From positions 111,476,001-111,540,000 of the forward strand of contig OZ360219.1 in NCBI GenBank assembly GCA_977017645.1: a stretch of 64,000 nucleotides of DNA, given 5' to 3'. The first letter of the stretch is position 1. Each line of letters starts with the position of its first letter. Below, in pieces: positions 1-12,780 of this stretch. This stretch comes from Torpedo marmorata (taxonomy: Eukaryota). The position numbers were made by a program, and so were the translations under genes. The notes under the pieces were generated by a model that did no database searches, was not told the DNA's origin, and worked only from the letters and a program-made list of their open reading frames with translations.

Positions 1-757
1 TCTCCTATATTATTTAGTTCTATTCTAATCCAAGCAGAAGACTTACCGAAATCAAACATTTCATTAACAAATTTTAATTGAGCTGCTTTATAATAATTTT
101 GAAAATTAGGAAGTTGTAAACCACCCATTTCATAATTCCAAGTTAACTTCTCCATACCTACTCTAGCCAACTTTCCTTTCCACAAAAACTTCCTAATAAT
201 TAAATTTAAATCCTTAAAGAATTTCGAAGGGATTTCGTAAGGAATTGATTGAAAAAGATATTGAATTCTTGGAAAGACATTCATTTTAATACAGTTTACC
301 CTTCCTATTAAAGTTATAGGTAAATCCTTCCAACTTTCTAAATCTTTTTTAATTTTCATAAATAATGGTAAATAATTTAATTTATATAAATTAGCTAATT
401 TTGTATCAGTCTTTATTCCCAAATATTTAATTCCTTCCTTTGACCATTTAAATTGTGTAATTTCTTTACATTTACTGTAATCCCCTTGTGTCAATGCCAT
501 AATTTCACTTTTATCAGAATTAATCTTATAACCAGATATTTCCCCATATTCTTTCAATAAAACATTCAATTATATTAAAGAAGTAATAGGTTTTGTCATA
601 TAAATCAATACATCATCTGCAAATAAACTAATTTTGTGCTCTTCTCTTCCAACTTTAATACCTACAATCTTAGTATCTTGTCTAATTAATTCTGCTAAAT
701 GTTCTATTGCTAAAATAAACAATGCAGGTGATAAAGGTCATCCTTGTCTAGTTGACG
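1..757 (-). mobile_element. L1/Tx1-clade LINE ORF2 reverse transcriptase fragment, decayed
   Basis: Minus strand reads STRQG*PLSPALFILAIEHLAELIR...KISLFADDVLIYM, i.e. RQGCPLSP with the Cys codon turned to stop, plus the FADD motif. Runs off the window start. Confidence 0.85.
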
Positions 758-919
758 TAGTCAAAGAAAATTTTGAAGAAATTTGTTACTGTTACTAATT
801 AAGGTAAGTTTGAAGAGGCATCGTTCAGAGCTTGTGGTCCGATATTGGTTCGAAAAGCTGTCCTTTCTTTCATACGCAAATATAATTAAAACGCAACACC
901 TCCGTTTCATTTGTACAGG

Positions 920-1434
920 TCCGGTGTGCGTGTGCGGTAGGCCGAGGGGACAGGGGAGGGTTCGGAGTCGGGACACGGGCGTCGGGAGCGCCTGTGTAGG
1001 CCAATGGGAGGGTTCGGAATCAGGCGTCGGGAGCTCCGGTGACTGGAGCTCCCGATGCCGACTCCGAACACTCCCCTCGGCCTACCTGAACACTATGGGG
1101 CGCAATTTGCAAATCAATTCAGTTTTAAAATAAAACAAACATTTTACTTACAGCTCTCACCTCTTGGGCTCTCCCTCTCCAACTTACTGTTCGAACATCG
1201 AATTCTTTTCACGCATGCACGGCACAAGATCCTCGCCAGCTAATAGCCCAATCAGCAGGGAGCACACACAAGGAGACGGCAGGGCAGATCAGTGGCGCCT
1301 GTTTTGAACTGTGAGACCAAAGCATCTGCTGCAGATGCCGTGGTCTCACAGTTCAAAAACAGGTGCTACTTTTGAACAAATGTGCTCAGGGGTACCTGTC
1401 GCTCCCCCTGCACCCCCCCCTAACTATGCCACTG
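920..1434. mobile_element. CpG-rich, hairpin-containing non-autonomous DNA transposon-like fragment
   Basis: Two internal inverted repeats (996-1085, 1295-1366). The right end cccccccctaactatgccactg resembles a Harbinger-type MITE terminus; the left TIR was not found. Confidence 0.4.
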
Positions 1435-1704
1435 TGTATATCATAACATGACCACTCTGCCCTTAAAACCCCACTTAATGGGCTCGATACGTACTTTCAA
1501 GGGAACTACTCACAAAGTATTGGAACACTCCCAAAGGAAATGTAATGTCCTGACATCATAGCTGAAAGCTTGTTTGACCGAAAAAGTAACTGATCAAACT
1601 GATTGAGTAGTTTGATTTTACGCAATATTTTCCATTTTGTTTTATTAATCGCTCCCCTCTCACACTGAGAACATTACAAGCTGCCTCTTGTGAAATGTGC
1701 AAGG

Positions 1705-1706
<2 letters not shown>

Positions 1707-1747
<41 letters not shown>

Positions 1748-2780
1748 ATTCACACACACACAATTCACACACACACACAATTCTCTCACACACACACACA
1801 ATTCACACACACACACAATTCACACGCACACAATTCACACGCACACAATTCACACACACACACAATTCACACAAATCACACACATAAACACAATTCACAC
1901 TCACACACACAATTCATACACACAATTCATACACACAATTCACACACACAATTCACACACACAATTCACACACAATTCACACACACAATTCACACACACA
2001 CACAATTCACACACACGCACACAATTCACACACACACACAATTCACACGCACACACAATTCACACACACACAATTCACACACACACAATTCACACACACA
2101 CCATTCACACACACACACACCATTCACACACACACACACCATTCACACACACACACACCATTCACACACACACAATTCACACACACACACACAATTCACA
2201 CACACACACAATTCACACACACAAACACCACACACACAATTCACACACACACAATTCACACAAATCACACACATAAACACAATTCACACTCACACACACA
2301 ATTCACACACACAATTCACACACACAATTCACACACACAATTCACACACACACACAATTCACACACACGCACACAATTCACACACACACAATTCACACAC
2401 ACAAATTCACACACACACAATTCACACACACACAATTCACACACACACACACAATTCACACACACAAACACCACACACACAATTCACACACACACAATTC
2501 ACACACACACAATTCACACACACAAACACCACACACACAATTCACACACACACAATTCACACACACACAATTCACACACACACAATTCACACACACACAA
2601 TTCACACACACACAATTCACACACACACTTCATACAATTCACACACACACACTTCATGCACACACACACTTCACACACACACACTTCACACACACACATA
2701 CAATTCACACACACACACAAACACAGTCAGACAAAGACTCACACATACACACAGTCAAAAATTCATACACACACACAAAC
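1707..2780. repeat. (CT)n followed by compound (CAATT(CA)n) micro/minisatellite
   Basis: Directly visible. Explains the His/Thr-rich ORFs at 1690-2859. Confidence 0.95.
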
Positions 2781-2933
2781 ACATTTTCTCACATGCACAT
2801 ACAGCAATGTACACAGATACTCATACATTTATGTTTATGGCTTCACTGTAGTGGCATGAACTACAATACATATATATAGAGGCACAAGAGCCTGCAAATG
2901 CTGGAATTTAGTACAAGAAGAAAATAAGGTGAC

Positions 2934-5357
2934 ATCGGGGGCTGTAGTCTGGTTGGTGGGAACTGTAGTCCAGTTGGTGGGGACCGTAGTCCGGTTGTTG
3001 GGAACTGTAGTCTGGTTTGTGGGGGCTGTAGTCCGGTTGGTTGGAAATGTAATCCGGTTGGTGGGGACTATAGACTGGTTGGTGGGGACTGTATTCCAGT
3101 TGGTGGGGACTGTAGACCGGTTGGTGGGGACTGTATTCCGGTTGGTGGGGACTGTAGACCGGTTGGTGGGGATGGTAGACCTGATGGTGGGGACCGTAGA
3201 CCGGTTGGTGGGAACTGTAGTCTAGTTTGTGGGGACTGTTGTCCGGTTGTTGGGAGTTGTAGTCTTATCGTTGGGGGCTGTAGTCCGGTTGGTTGGAAAT
3301 GTAATCCGGTTGGTGGGGACTGTAGTCCTATTGTTGGGAACTGTAGACTGGTTAGTGGGGACTGTAGACCGGTTGGTGGGGAATGTAGACCGGTTAGTGG
3401 GGACCGTAGACCGGTTGGTGGGGACCGTAGACCGGTTGGTGGGGACCGTAGACCGGTTGGTTGGGACCGTAGACCGGTTGGTGGGGACCGTAGACCGGTT
3501 GGTGGGGACCGTAGACCGGTTGGTGGGGACTGTATTCCGGTTGGTGGGGACTGTAGACCAGTTGGTGGGGACTGTATTCCGGTTGGTGGGGACCGTAGAC
3601 CGGTTGGTGGGGACCGTATTCCGGTTGGTGGGGACCGTAGACCGGTTGGTGGGGACCGTAGACCGGTTGGTGGGGACCGTAGACCGGTTGGTGGGGACTG
3701 TATTCCGATTAGTGGGGACTGTAGACCGGTTGGTGGGGACTGTAGACCGGTTGGTGGGGACCGTAGACCAGTTGGTGGGGACTGTATTCCGATTAGTGGG
3801 GACTGTAGACCGGTTGGTGGGGACCGTAGACCGGTTGGTGGGGACCGTAGACCGGTTGGTGGGGACTGTATTCCGATTAGTGGGGACTGTAGACCGGTTG
3901 GTGGGGACCGTAGACCGGTTGGTGGGGACTGTATTCCGATTAGTGGGGACTGTAGACCGGTTGGTGGGGACCGTAGACCGGTTGGTGGGGACTGTATTCC
4001 GATTAGTGGGGACTGTAGACCGGTTGGTTGGGACCGTAGACTGGTTGGTGGGGACCGTAGACCGGTTGGTGGGGACCGTAGACCGGTTGGTGGGGACTGT
4101 ATTCTGGTTGGTGGGGACTGTATTCCGGTTGGTGGGGACTGTATTCCGGTTGGTGGGGACTGTAGACCGGTTGGTGGGGACCATAGACCGGTTGGTGGGG
4201 ACCGTAGACCGGTTGTTGGTGACTGTATTCCGGTTGGTGGGGACTGTAGACTGGTTGGTGGGGACTGTAGACCGGTTGGTGGTGACTGTATCTGGTTGGT
4301 GGGGACCGTAGACCATTTGGTGGTGACTGTAGACTGGTTGGTGGGGACTGTAGACTGGTTGGTGGGGTCGGTAGACCGGTTGGTGGGGTCAGTATTCCAG
4401 TTGGTGGGGACAGTATTCCAGTTGGTGGGGACTGTATTCCGGTTGGTGGGGACCGTAGACCAATTGGTGGGGGCTATATTCCAGTAGGTGGGGTCTGTAT
4501 TCCAGTTGGTGGGAACTGTAGTCCAGTTGTTGGGGACTGTATTCCAGTTGATGGGGACTGTATTCCAGTTGGTGGGGCAGTAGTCCGGTTGTTGGGGACC
4601 GTAGACCTGTTGGTGGGGACTGTAGTCCGGTTGGTGGGGACTGTAGTCCGGTTGCTGGGGACTGTAGACCGGTTGCTGGGGACTGTATTCCAGTTGGTGG
4701 GGACTGTATTCCGGTTGGTGGGGACTGTATTCCGGTTGGTGGGGACCGTAGACCTGTTGGTGGGGACTGTAGTCCGGTTGGTGGGGACTGTATTCCGGTT
4801 GGTGGGGACTGTAGTCCGGTTGGTGGGGACTGTAGTCCGGTTGGTGGGGACTGTAGTCCGTTTGGTGGGGACTGTAGACTGGTTGGTGGGGACTGTAGTC
4901 CGGTTGGTGGGGACTGTAGACTGGTTGGTGCGGACTGTAGACCGGTTGGTGGGACCGTATTCCGGTTGGTGGGGACCGTAGACCGGTTGGTGGGACCGTA
5001 TTCTGGTTGGTGGGGACCGTAGACCGGTTGGTGGGACCGTATTCTGGTTGGTGGGGACTGTATTCTGGTTGGTGGGGACCGTAGACCGGTTGGTGGGGAC
5101 CGTAGACCGGTTGGTGGGGACCGTAGACCGGTTGGTGGGGACTGTATTCCGGTTGGTGGGGACTGTATTCCGGTAGGTGGGGACTGTATTCCGGTAGGTG
5201 GGGACGGTAGACCGATTGGTGGGGACCGTAGACCGGTTGGTGGGGACCGTAGACCGGTTGGTGGGGACCGTAGACCGGTTGGTGGGGACTGTATTCCGGT
5301 TGGTGGGGACTATATTCCGTTTGGTGGGGACTGTAGACCGGTTGGTGGGGACTGTAC
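2934..5357. repeat. 21-bp G-rich minisatellite, roughly 115 units
   Basis: Consensus GTAGACCGGTTGGTGGGGAC(C/T) with GTATTC and GTAGTC variants. The unit is a multiple of 3, giving spurious 7-aa-repeat ORFs on both strands. Confidence 0.97.
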
Positions 5358-7095
5358 ATGTGCACCCACACACACACACACACACATACATCCTTTCCCC
5401 ACATTAGGTCCATCTTTATATTCCCGATCCCTGCCTCTCCTGCTCCTTCTTAAATTCTCTCTACACAGGCATTAAAGCCTCCTTGACAATTCAAAGTCAG
5501 TTTTATCACATGGTATAAGTTAGGAATTCTTAGAAAAATGTGGAGAGACAAAATAGAATATTTGAAAGTAAAGCTACAACCTGCGTGTTACCCCACAGTA
5601 AATGTGTTTGTATTAGACTGGTACCAGACCAGATTATCTTCCACAGGATAAGGAACACCATAATTATTCAGCCCAATTTGAATTGAATTGAATTGTTTAT
5701 TGTTATGTGTACTGAGATACAGTGAATAACTTTTTTTTCAGGCAAGTCAACACATACTCATGTACGCATAAGTAATTTTAACCCAGTGAGATATTTAAAG
5801 TATGTAATAAGTCTGAAAAATAATGGAATTTTGAAACTTAAATTTGAATTGTTCATTAATTTTTCATCCCCAGTAAGTGAATTGTATATTGCTCAACAGC
5901 AGTACGCTTTCATGGCTGTTATAATCATTTGGAATAAAATCAGATACAGATGTACTGTTTGGCTTAAAGTTCAGTTGAAACAATATTCACAGGCACTTCT
6001 ATCAATCAACATAAGTGTTCCCATGTTATAATTAATGTGTTGCACTGACACAGCATAGCAACTGGTCATAATAGCAGTAACAACAGTCATGTTTATATTG
6101 TGATTTTAGGTCCAAACAATTCCTCCCAACCTTGGTTTAAGTGAGCTGGTTGCTACTGGAGAGAGAACATTGGGGGTTTAAAAAGTCACACGCCTCCAAA
6201 CAAAATGTTTTAAAATGTTAAGTCAAACAGTTAACCAATATGGTGTAATTAATTGGGAACACCATATTGTAGATAAGAGTCTGAAAATATTTGGTCATAA
6301 TCTTCTCTGAAGGTCTGAAATTGAGTGAGGCTAGCAAGCCCACGATCGTTACTTTGAAGTAACAAATGAAAATGTTATGGTGTTATGACGGGAACTAAGA
6401 AATAGGACCACATTTCAGGACGTGATGTTAGGAGTTATATAGTACTGCCTTTGAACCTGCCCGCTACCTAAAACAGGAAGTTGAGATCCTGTCAGTGCAT
6501 TCAGAAGGGGAAATGACAAACGTTATAATGACGTTGGATCCCAATAAATATGCAAATTCATGGCCAAGAAATATTGTACTTGGACAATGGTTCATCCTGC
6601 ATCAGGACATGTTTCCAGATTCATTCAGCTGTCATCAGTTTTGGTATCAGAAGCAGTTTTGTTTCAAAGATTAAAAACACAGAAATTATCTCAATGAGTT
6701 CTGTGCATCCTAATAATATTCTTTTACCAAGGGGCATAGCAATAAATTGTGGGGCAGTAAGTGTAGATAGAGGAAAAGCCTCTTGGACAAATCCTGTTTT
6801 TCCTAAACATCGCACTTACAGAAAACAAACTGTGTTCACTGGTCCAGATTTCTTTTGGACTTGAGAGAAAAGTTTACATCATGTGAAACTTTACCTATTT
6901 AGACATCTTACTGATGGACAGACATTAAAGTTCCCCAATTACTTATATTCAATATTCCTGAATGTTTAAAATTTGTGATGACAGCTCACTGATGCTAAGC
7001 TTTCTTGCCCTCCAAGAGAATGGTCCAAGCTGGGTTGTTTTGACTTAACAGCTTGTGAGACCCTTCCAAACAAACATTAAGTAACAAATTGGCTG

Positions 7096-7623
7096 GAGAA
7101 AAGTTTTTAGATAAAGTATTAAAAATTACATTCCCAATGGACCCTATGATATTTTTGTTTGGAGATATTAAAAGAGTTAGTATTAAGATGAAATTAAATA
7201 TGTATCAAATAGAATTTTTGCGTATTGCTCTAGCTGTTTCTAAGAAATGCATTGCTATTACATGGAAGTCTGATGTAGATTTAGGGTTAGAAAGATGGCA
7301 TGCAGAACTTCGTTCATGTATACCACTTGAAAAAATTACTTATAATCTACGTAATAAATATCATTTCTTTTTGAAAATATGGAGCCCATACATGAAGGCT
7401 GTTGGTTTAAGGAGTTGAAGATCTCTGGACATCGGATCTGACTGGCGAACCTCCACAATAAAATTAGTTTATGGATGTGTTTTTTTAGATTGACACTCTC
7501 CTTATTCTATTTTTTTTTCTTTCTTTTTTATTTTTATCACAAGTATCACAAGTATTTTGATAATTTCATATTTTACTTTATGTATTTTGTGATTTAAAAT
7601 TTTAAATAAAATATTTTTTTAAA
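7096..7623 (+). mobile_element. 5'-truncated L1-clade LINE (ORF2 C-terminus + 3'UTR) with TSD
   Basis: ORF ...KKCIAITWKSD...W...PLEKITY...KIWSPY fits an L1 ORF2 C-terminus; AATAAA and A tail follow. aagtaacaaattggctg is duplicated at 7079-7095 and 7624-7640. Confidence 0.85.
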
Positions 7624-8207
7624 AAGTAACAAATTGGCTGTAAAGTTTGTGGTGACAGATAGAACTCAAACCACTGGTTTCTTGTGGCTATACATAATAG
7701 CTGGGGAATTATGAAATTGCCTTTCATTAACTTTACAAAGCATATTCCAAATTTTTTTTTGCCGAAAAAAATCTTAGGGCTGGAACTGCTGAATTATAGT
7801 GGAAATGTAAAGAAAACAGATCAGGCAATCTGCATTATACACCTTTCCTCAATTTGTCATTTATGTTCAATATATTTGTGAAGGGTTAGAACTTGATAAT
7901 TTCTGATAACATATGGAGTTCTAATTAGATTTGTGAACACCTAAGTGATAATGCTATTGTATTTCTGGTTATAAATTAACAAATGACTTGATGAAAACTA
8001 CCATTATCTTCAAAGGGGAGACAGTTAAACTGAAAGAGTAATAATTGTCCATTCAATACTGGTCGCCAAACAGCTTGATTTCACCAAGAAGTTCTCCTTG
8101 GTGCTGGTTTGTCTGTTAACGCGACGAGTTTTGTTGCTTTTAACCATGTGCGTGGTTCTACTGAATGCATTTGTTCTGTTTGTTTATGTCCCATTTCTAC
8201 CCTCCAG

Positions 8208-8275
8208 GTGCGATCGCGGATTCACTGGAGAAAGATGTGCAGAGACTGTACCCATGAGGGTCTTTATTCCTGAAC
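8208..8275 (+). CDS. NRG1: Neuregulin 1 EGF-like domain alpha exon (68 nt)
   Basis: Acceptor ccctccag|G, donor C|gtatgt. Encodes CDRGFTGERCAETVPMRVFIPE, resembling recalled mammalian CQPGFTGARCTENVPMKVQNQE. Confidence 0.9.
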
Positions 8276-9093
8276 GTATGTGAAGATATAATCACATCTG
8301 GGTTTTTATTCTCTCCCATACAGCTCAAAAAAATCCTTGGTGTTGTCAGTGATCTGAGAGAAAGATGTGTGATAAAACATAACATTTATAATTTGGACAA
8401 CTTCTGAAAATGTAACCAAGCACCGAGCAACTCTGTACTGTGTTAAAGTTTTTTTTTCCACTTTGGGGAACAGTGCAGTAGAAATTCACTTGCTTGGTAA
8501 TCCCGGGTTGAGTTTACAGCCATTGGTATCCTCTCACTTCTCTCCCACCATTGTTCAGGGTCCCAGCGTGATTTCAACCAATTCACAGACTTGTAGGGTT
8601 TCTTTTGTGATGAAATAAAATGTGTAGTACGGATCAGATACTCACAAAAGATCACTGTGAAAAATATGAAACCACAATTCTAAACCTGGGGATTATTTCT
8701 AAATTTGAAAATATATAGTTTCTAATGTGCAACTCCAACAAATGGAAGTGTAGATCAATTACAGAAAACTTCAGAACCCATTAAGATTTTTAAATGCTTA
8801 ATGCCCCATATTGTAAAACTAATCAGCCCTTTTGCTTAAATTTGATTTGATTTTGATATACATTTCCAGACAGATTTGAGATTTGGATTTTCATGGCTTG
8901 TAAATCCACCTGCGGAATGAAATAAATTTGTTTTGCTGCGTTGCAGCAAGAATTATTGAATTTGGAGAGAGTGATTCCAGGTCAGGCAATGACCACACCA
9001 AGGTGATGAAGCCTTGTGCTATCAATAGCTCTATCCTGACAGTTACTTATCTCTCTTTCCTCTCTTTCTCTCTCATTTTATTTGTCTTGTCAG

Positions 9094-9152
9094 GTGTCCA
9101 AATGAGTTTACTGGTGATCGCTGTCAAAACTACGTAATGGCCAGTTTCTACA
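9094..9152 (+). CDS. NRG1: Neuregulin 1 EGF-like domain beta exon (59 nt)
   Basis: Polypyrimidine tract + cag|G, donor A|gtacgt. Encodes CPNEFTGDRCQNYVMASFY, the NRG1-beta signature. Confidence 0.98.
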
Positions 9153-9178
9153 GTACGTCCACTTCTGTCTCTCCCTGA
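9153..9178 (+). CDS. NRG1: NRG1 beta3 read-through tail (secreted isoform end)
   Basis: Read-through of the beta donor gives STSTSVSP* (TGA 9176-9178); the mammalian beta3 tail also starts STST. Confidence 0.75.
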
Positions 9179-12100
9179 TTTGAAGCATGCTTAGTCACGC
9201 TGTTGGTTCCTGCTATTGATGTTGCTGCTAATGCTATCATTGTTGTTGTGTTACTGCTGCTGCTGCTGTTTCCCCTTAATCGCAATTTTCATTTCCGTTT
9301 GGATGGTGTCCCGTCCTCTGGAAGAGAAGGAAAAGATACAGACTGAAGGACAACAGTGCCATGGGACCAGGCGTACAAGTTAGAGCAAGTGGTTAGTGTA
9401 AGGTCAGTCAGCAGCTGCAGAGGTGGCAGGGAGAACTACAAGCAGCAAATCCAATGTTGGGGGGGGGGTGGGTGGGGGGGTTGGGGTGGAATCGTCCAAT
9501 GCAAGGTTCAGATGAGGAGTTCAAGGTGACGCGCTGAAATAAGCACAGAAAATTGTGGACTGATGTGACGAGAGGTTGTGCTGTCCTGTGAAAAGGACAA
9601 TAGATTCAGAGAGTTGATGAGGAGAAAGGAGACCATGTTTTGCCTCAAGCACTAAAGGTTGGTGACCATTCTCAGAGTCACCAACTGGATGAATGTGACA
9701 TGAGAGCGATAGCTGGTCATATTCAGTAAAAGGAGGAGCTGGCCCAAATGAGTTATATGCAAATATAAGAGAAAATTGTATGCAGCTCTTAGAAGATTTG
9801 AGAACACTCCTTATAATAAAGTTCTATTCTAGCAAGGAGCTCTTTGACCAAAATGATTTACTGTTTGCCTAATCACTCAAGTACAGTTTTAATGCTGTCA
9901 AAGGATGAGTGTTATTAAATTTCCCACATGTTTTAGTCCCATCTTGAGTTCCTTTCCATTCAATTCACCATTCCATATCATTGTCAAATGTTAAATTAAC
10001 CCTCGGAGTTCATCTGGTGAGAGTATATGTTCATCCCATCATCTGTGCTGAGTCCCTTGATCTCAGCCAGTACTTTTACACTTTTACGTTGTTTTCCACT
10101 TTTATGTTGTTTGTAGAAACATTTGGGTAGCCAGCACCTATCATCAGTATTCAGGAAGGCTTGTATCTGTATTGTCCTGGATCCACAATTGTCGTTTTGT
10201 CTTAACTATGTACTATCAAATCTGCCCAGGAAGGAGCAGCACAAATACTCTCCAAACAGAGGGAAAGATAGATAGGGAACCAATACGTACCTAGTACTGT
10301 AGTATAATGGGTGTCAAATGATACCATGACTGGCAATAGCTGTGATGTCTTTCACAGCTGCTATGCACACTATAATAATTTCACCATTTAATGAAGGACT
10401 GTAACTTGTATACTCATGGAACCATATCCAAAACAGGGCATGAAATCTTCATGAAAAAGGAGGTGGCAGATGATAGGGAAAACATCCAGGGAATGAATTA
10501 ATAACTGAGTTTTCTTTGTATCAGCCTAAATGATTAACCACTTTCCCTCAAACATTTAAAACTCCTTGTAAAATATCGTGGACACATGTTTGCGACTCCT
10601 TCATAAAGAACCCCTATTGACAGAGCACAGTTTTATATATTCTCATGATCTCTTATTTGAGGAAAAGGGAATGGTAAAGTGGTGAAGTGGGGAGAGGAGA
10701 CTGTCCTCAGGGGAGGATAGTATAAGGGGAGATTCAGTGTCTGCTGGTGAACCTGTACCAAAAAGCAAAGGACTCTAGCACTGACGATACACAGGGAATG
10801 TCAAACTACAGTAAAGGCACAGACAGAATTGTCTGCAAATACAATGGATATTAAATAGTGGTGGCATGATAAATGATGATGCCTTTCTCTGTACCATCAG
10901 AACAGCAGCTTAGCAAAGGATTTGTGACTCTCCATGAAACAAACACAATGTTAACCAATGGATGCATGAAAGACCATTTTCTGTGTCATTATAAATCACC
11001 TCGGGACCTCTAGTTTAGTGTTAGCTCAATCAATGAAAGCCAAACATGCATTCAAGAAAAAAAATATATAGTATATACCAAGCTGGAGAACTGCAGGGAT
11101 CAAAGAGAGGGATGATATATTAGTGACAGTGTGCTTTGTCACTATCACCTTCTGTACTAAAGGCTGGAATCCTACAGAGGCAAGTTACAATGAAGAAATA
11201 GGAAAACATTAGGAAGAGAAGGCAATGATGTAATCCTTTCAATTTATTGTTAGATAGGTGAATCATTGTGAGTGGAACAGACTCAAGTTAGAGGAAGAAT
11301 GTAACTTTAACATGGGAGGTGCTCAGAAATACCAAGGGAAAGGTTGACTCTTTGAAGTTGTTTGATAGTAAAGAAGTGTATGTCACCTATTCCATAAAAT
11401 GATGCACCATTCACAACATTGATATATGGTTAATTATTAGCTGTCACCATGAAATTACCATGAAATTCCCCATATTTCAATAGAAATTTGTTTACATCCC
11501 TTAGGCATGGAGTCTGATTGGCATGTGCTTTCAGGCTTATATCATATGCCAAATTCTTATTTAACTCAGGGAAACTGTGGATGCAAAATGAATGTTGCAT
11601 TTCCAATGATTTCCAGTTTCAAGTAGCAACAGGAAAAGAGAACCAGAACAAAAACAAATCATGAAAATGTCCAGCAGTGTAACCAAAGACCACAAATGAA
11701 TGCATATGGAATGAATCCATCACACCTTTTCCTTTGGGGATAGCCTCTATTAGTTTCCTGCCAGATGCTTTATTGGTTCAATCCATTGTATGATTGGAAT
11801 CCCCAATGTGTCCTCCATTTCAGTGCATAGAAAGCAGTCACAAAGCTACATGTCACTTACTTCTTTCTTCCCCTGGCAGAGGAAAGATGTTAGAAATCAA
11901 TAGCAATATACAAAGGCAATATAGCAGAAGAAAAATAGCATGTTATATGTGATCTCATGGAATCACAGAATAGTCATAGCTTAGAAGGAGGTAATTCAAC
12001 CCTTCATGTCTGTGCCAGCTCTTTAGTTCCACCCATGGCCGCTTACCTGTGGCTTTGCAAACTTTTTCTTGACATATATTTATCCAATTCCCTCTCGAAG

Positions 12101-12589
12101 ACTACATTGGAACCTCCCTTCATCATATCTACAGATTCAAACCAAACACTGCATTTTAAAAAGAAGAGCTTCCTCATGTCACTCTTAATTCTCTTACCCT
12201 TTATACCTATGATCTTAGTAGAAGTTTCCTAAAGTACAAAAGTTTTCAAGTTTGGAATGACACAACTGATGTGACAGGAAGTAAGAAGCCATCACAAGGA
12301 AGGGCATTAAAAGCTATGGAAAGTGGTCTAATCCTGGGGAGAACTGTGTGAGAAATGGGGGCATTTTCACCGCAGCACATGTTACTTGACTGGTTATGCA
12401 GGCTCATGATAGTATGTTTGGTGTTATTTTCTCTTCTGATTTTTTAATGAATTTAAGAGAAATGAGAAACAAAGGGTGAAAAAACCTCAGCAGAAGGTGT
12501 AGAGAATGTGCAAGTTTCTGCTGCAACCTGGCATTAAACCAGCACCCAGATGTTATGAAAGGAAGCTGGATTAAAAATAGGAATAGTTC

Positions 12590-12780
12590 AGGAACTGAAA
12601 TTTGGAATTGGTGGGTTATCTTTTCAGGAAAAGTTGGACAAGCAAGGCTTTTGTCTGCTGGAGTTTACCAGAGGGAGGGGTGACTTCACGAAAACCTATA
12701 AGATCCTGAGGAGCCTTGACAGGGTGGATGGGAGAGGATTTCTCTTGTGGAGAAATCTCAATGTTGAGATACATTACTGT
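12590..12780 (+). mobile_element. Decayed CR1-like LINE 3' fragment
   Basis: Degenerate match to the intact CR1 at 37980-38140 (LEFTRGRGDF.KTYKILRSLDRVDG). Confidence 0.55.

Noticed and set aside
1690-2859. His/Thr-rich ORFs
   Set aside because: Translations of CA-based microsatellite.
2929-5413. Long ORFs up to 781 aa with YSPHQP/SPPTG heptads resembling Pol II CTD or mucin
   Set aside because: They are translations of a 21-bp minisatellite, open in several frames on both strands, intronic, with no unique domain.
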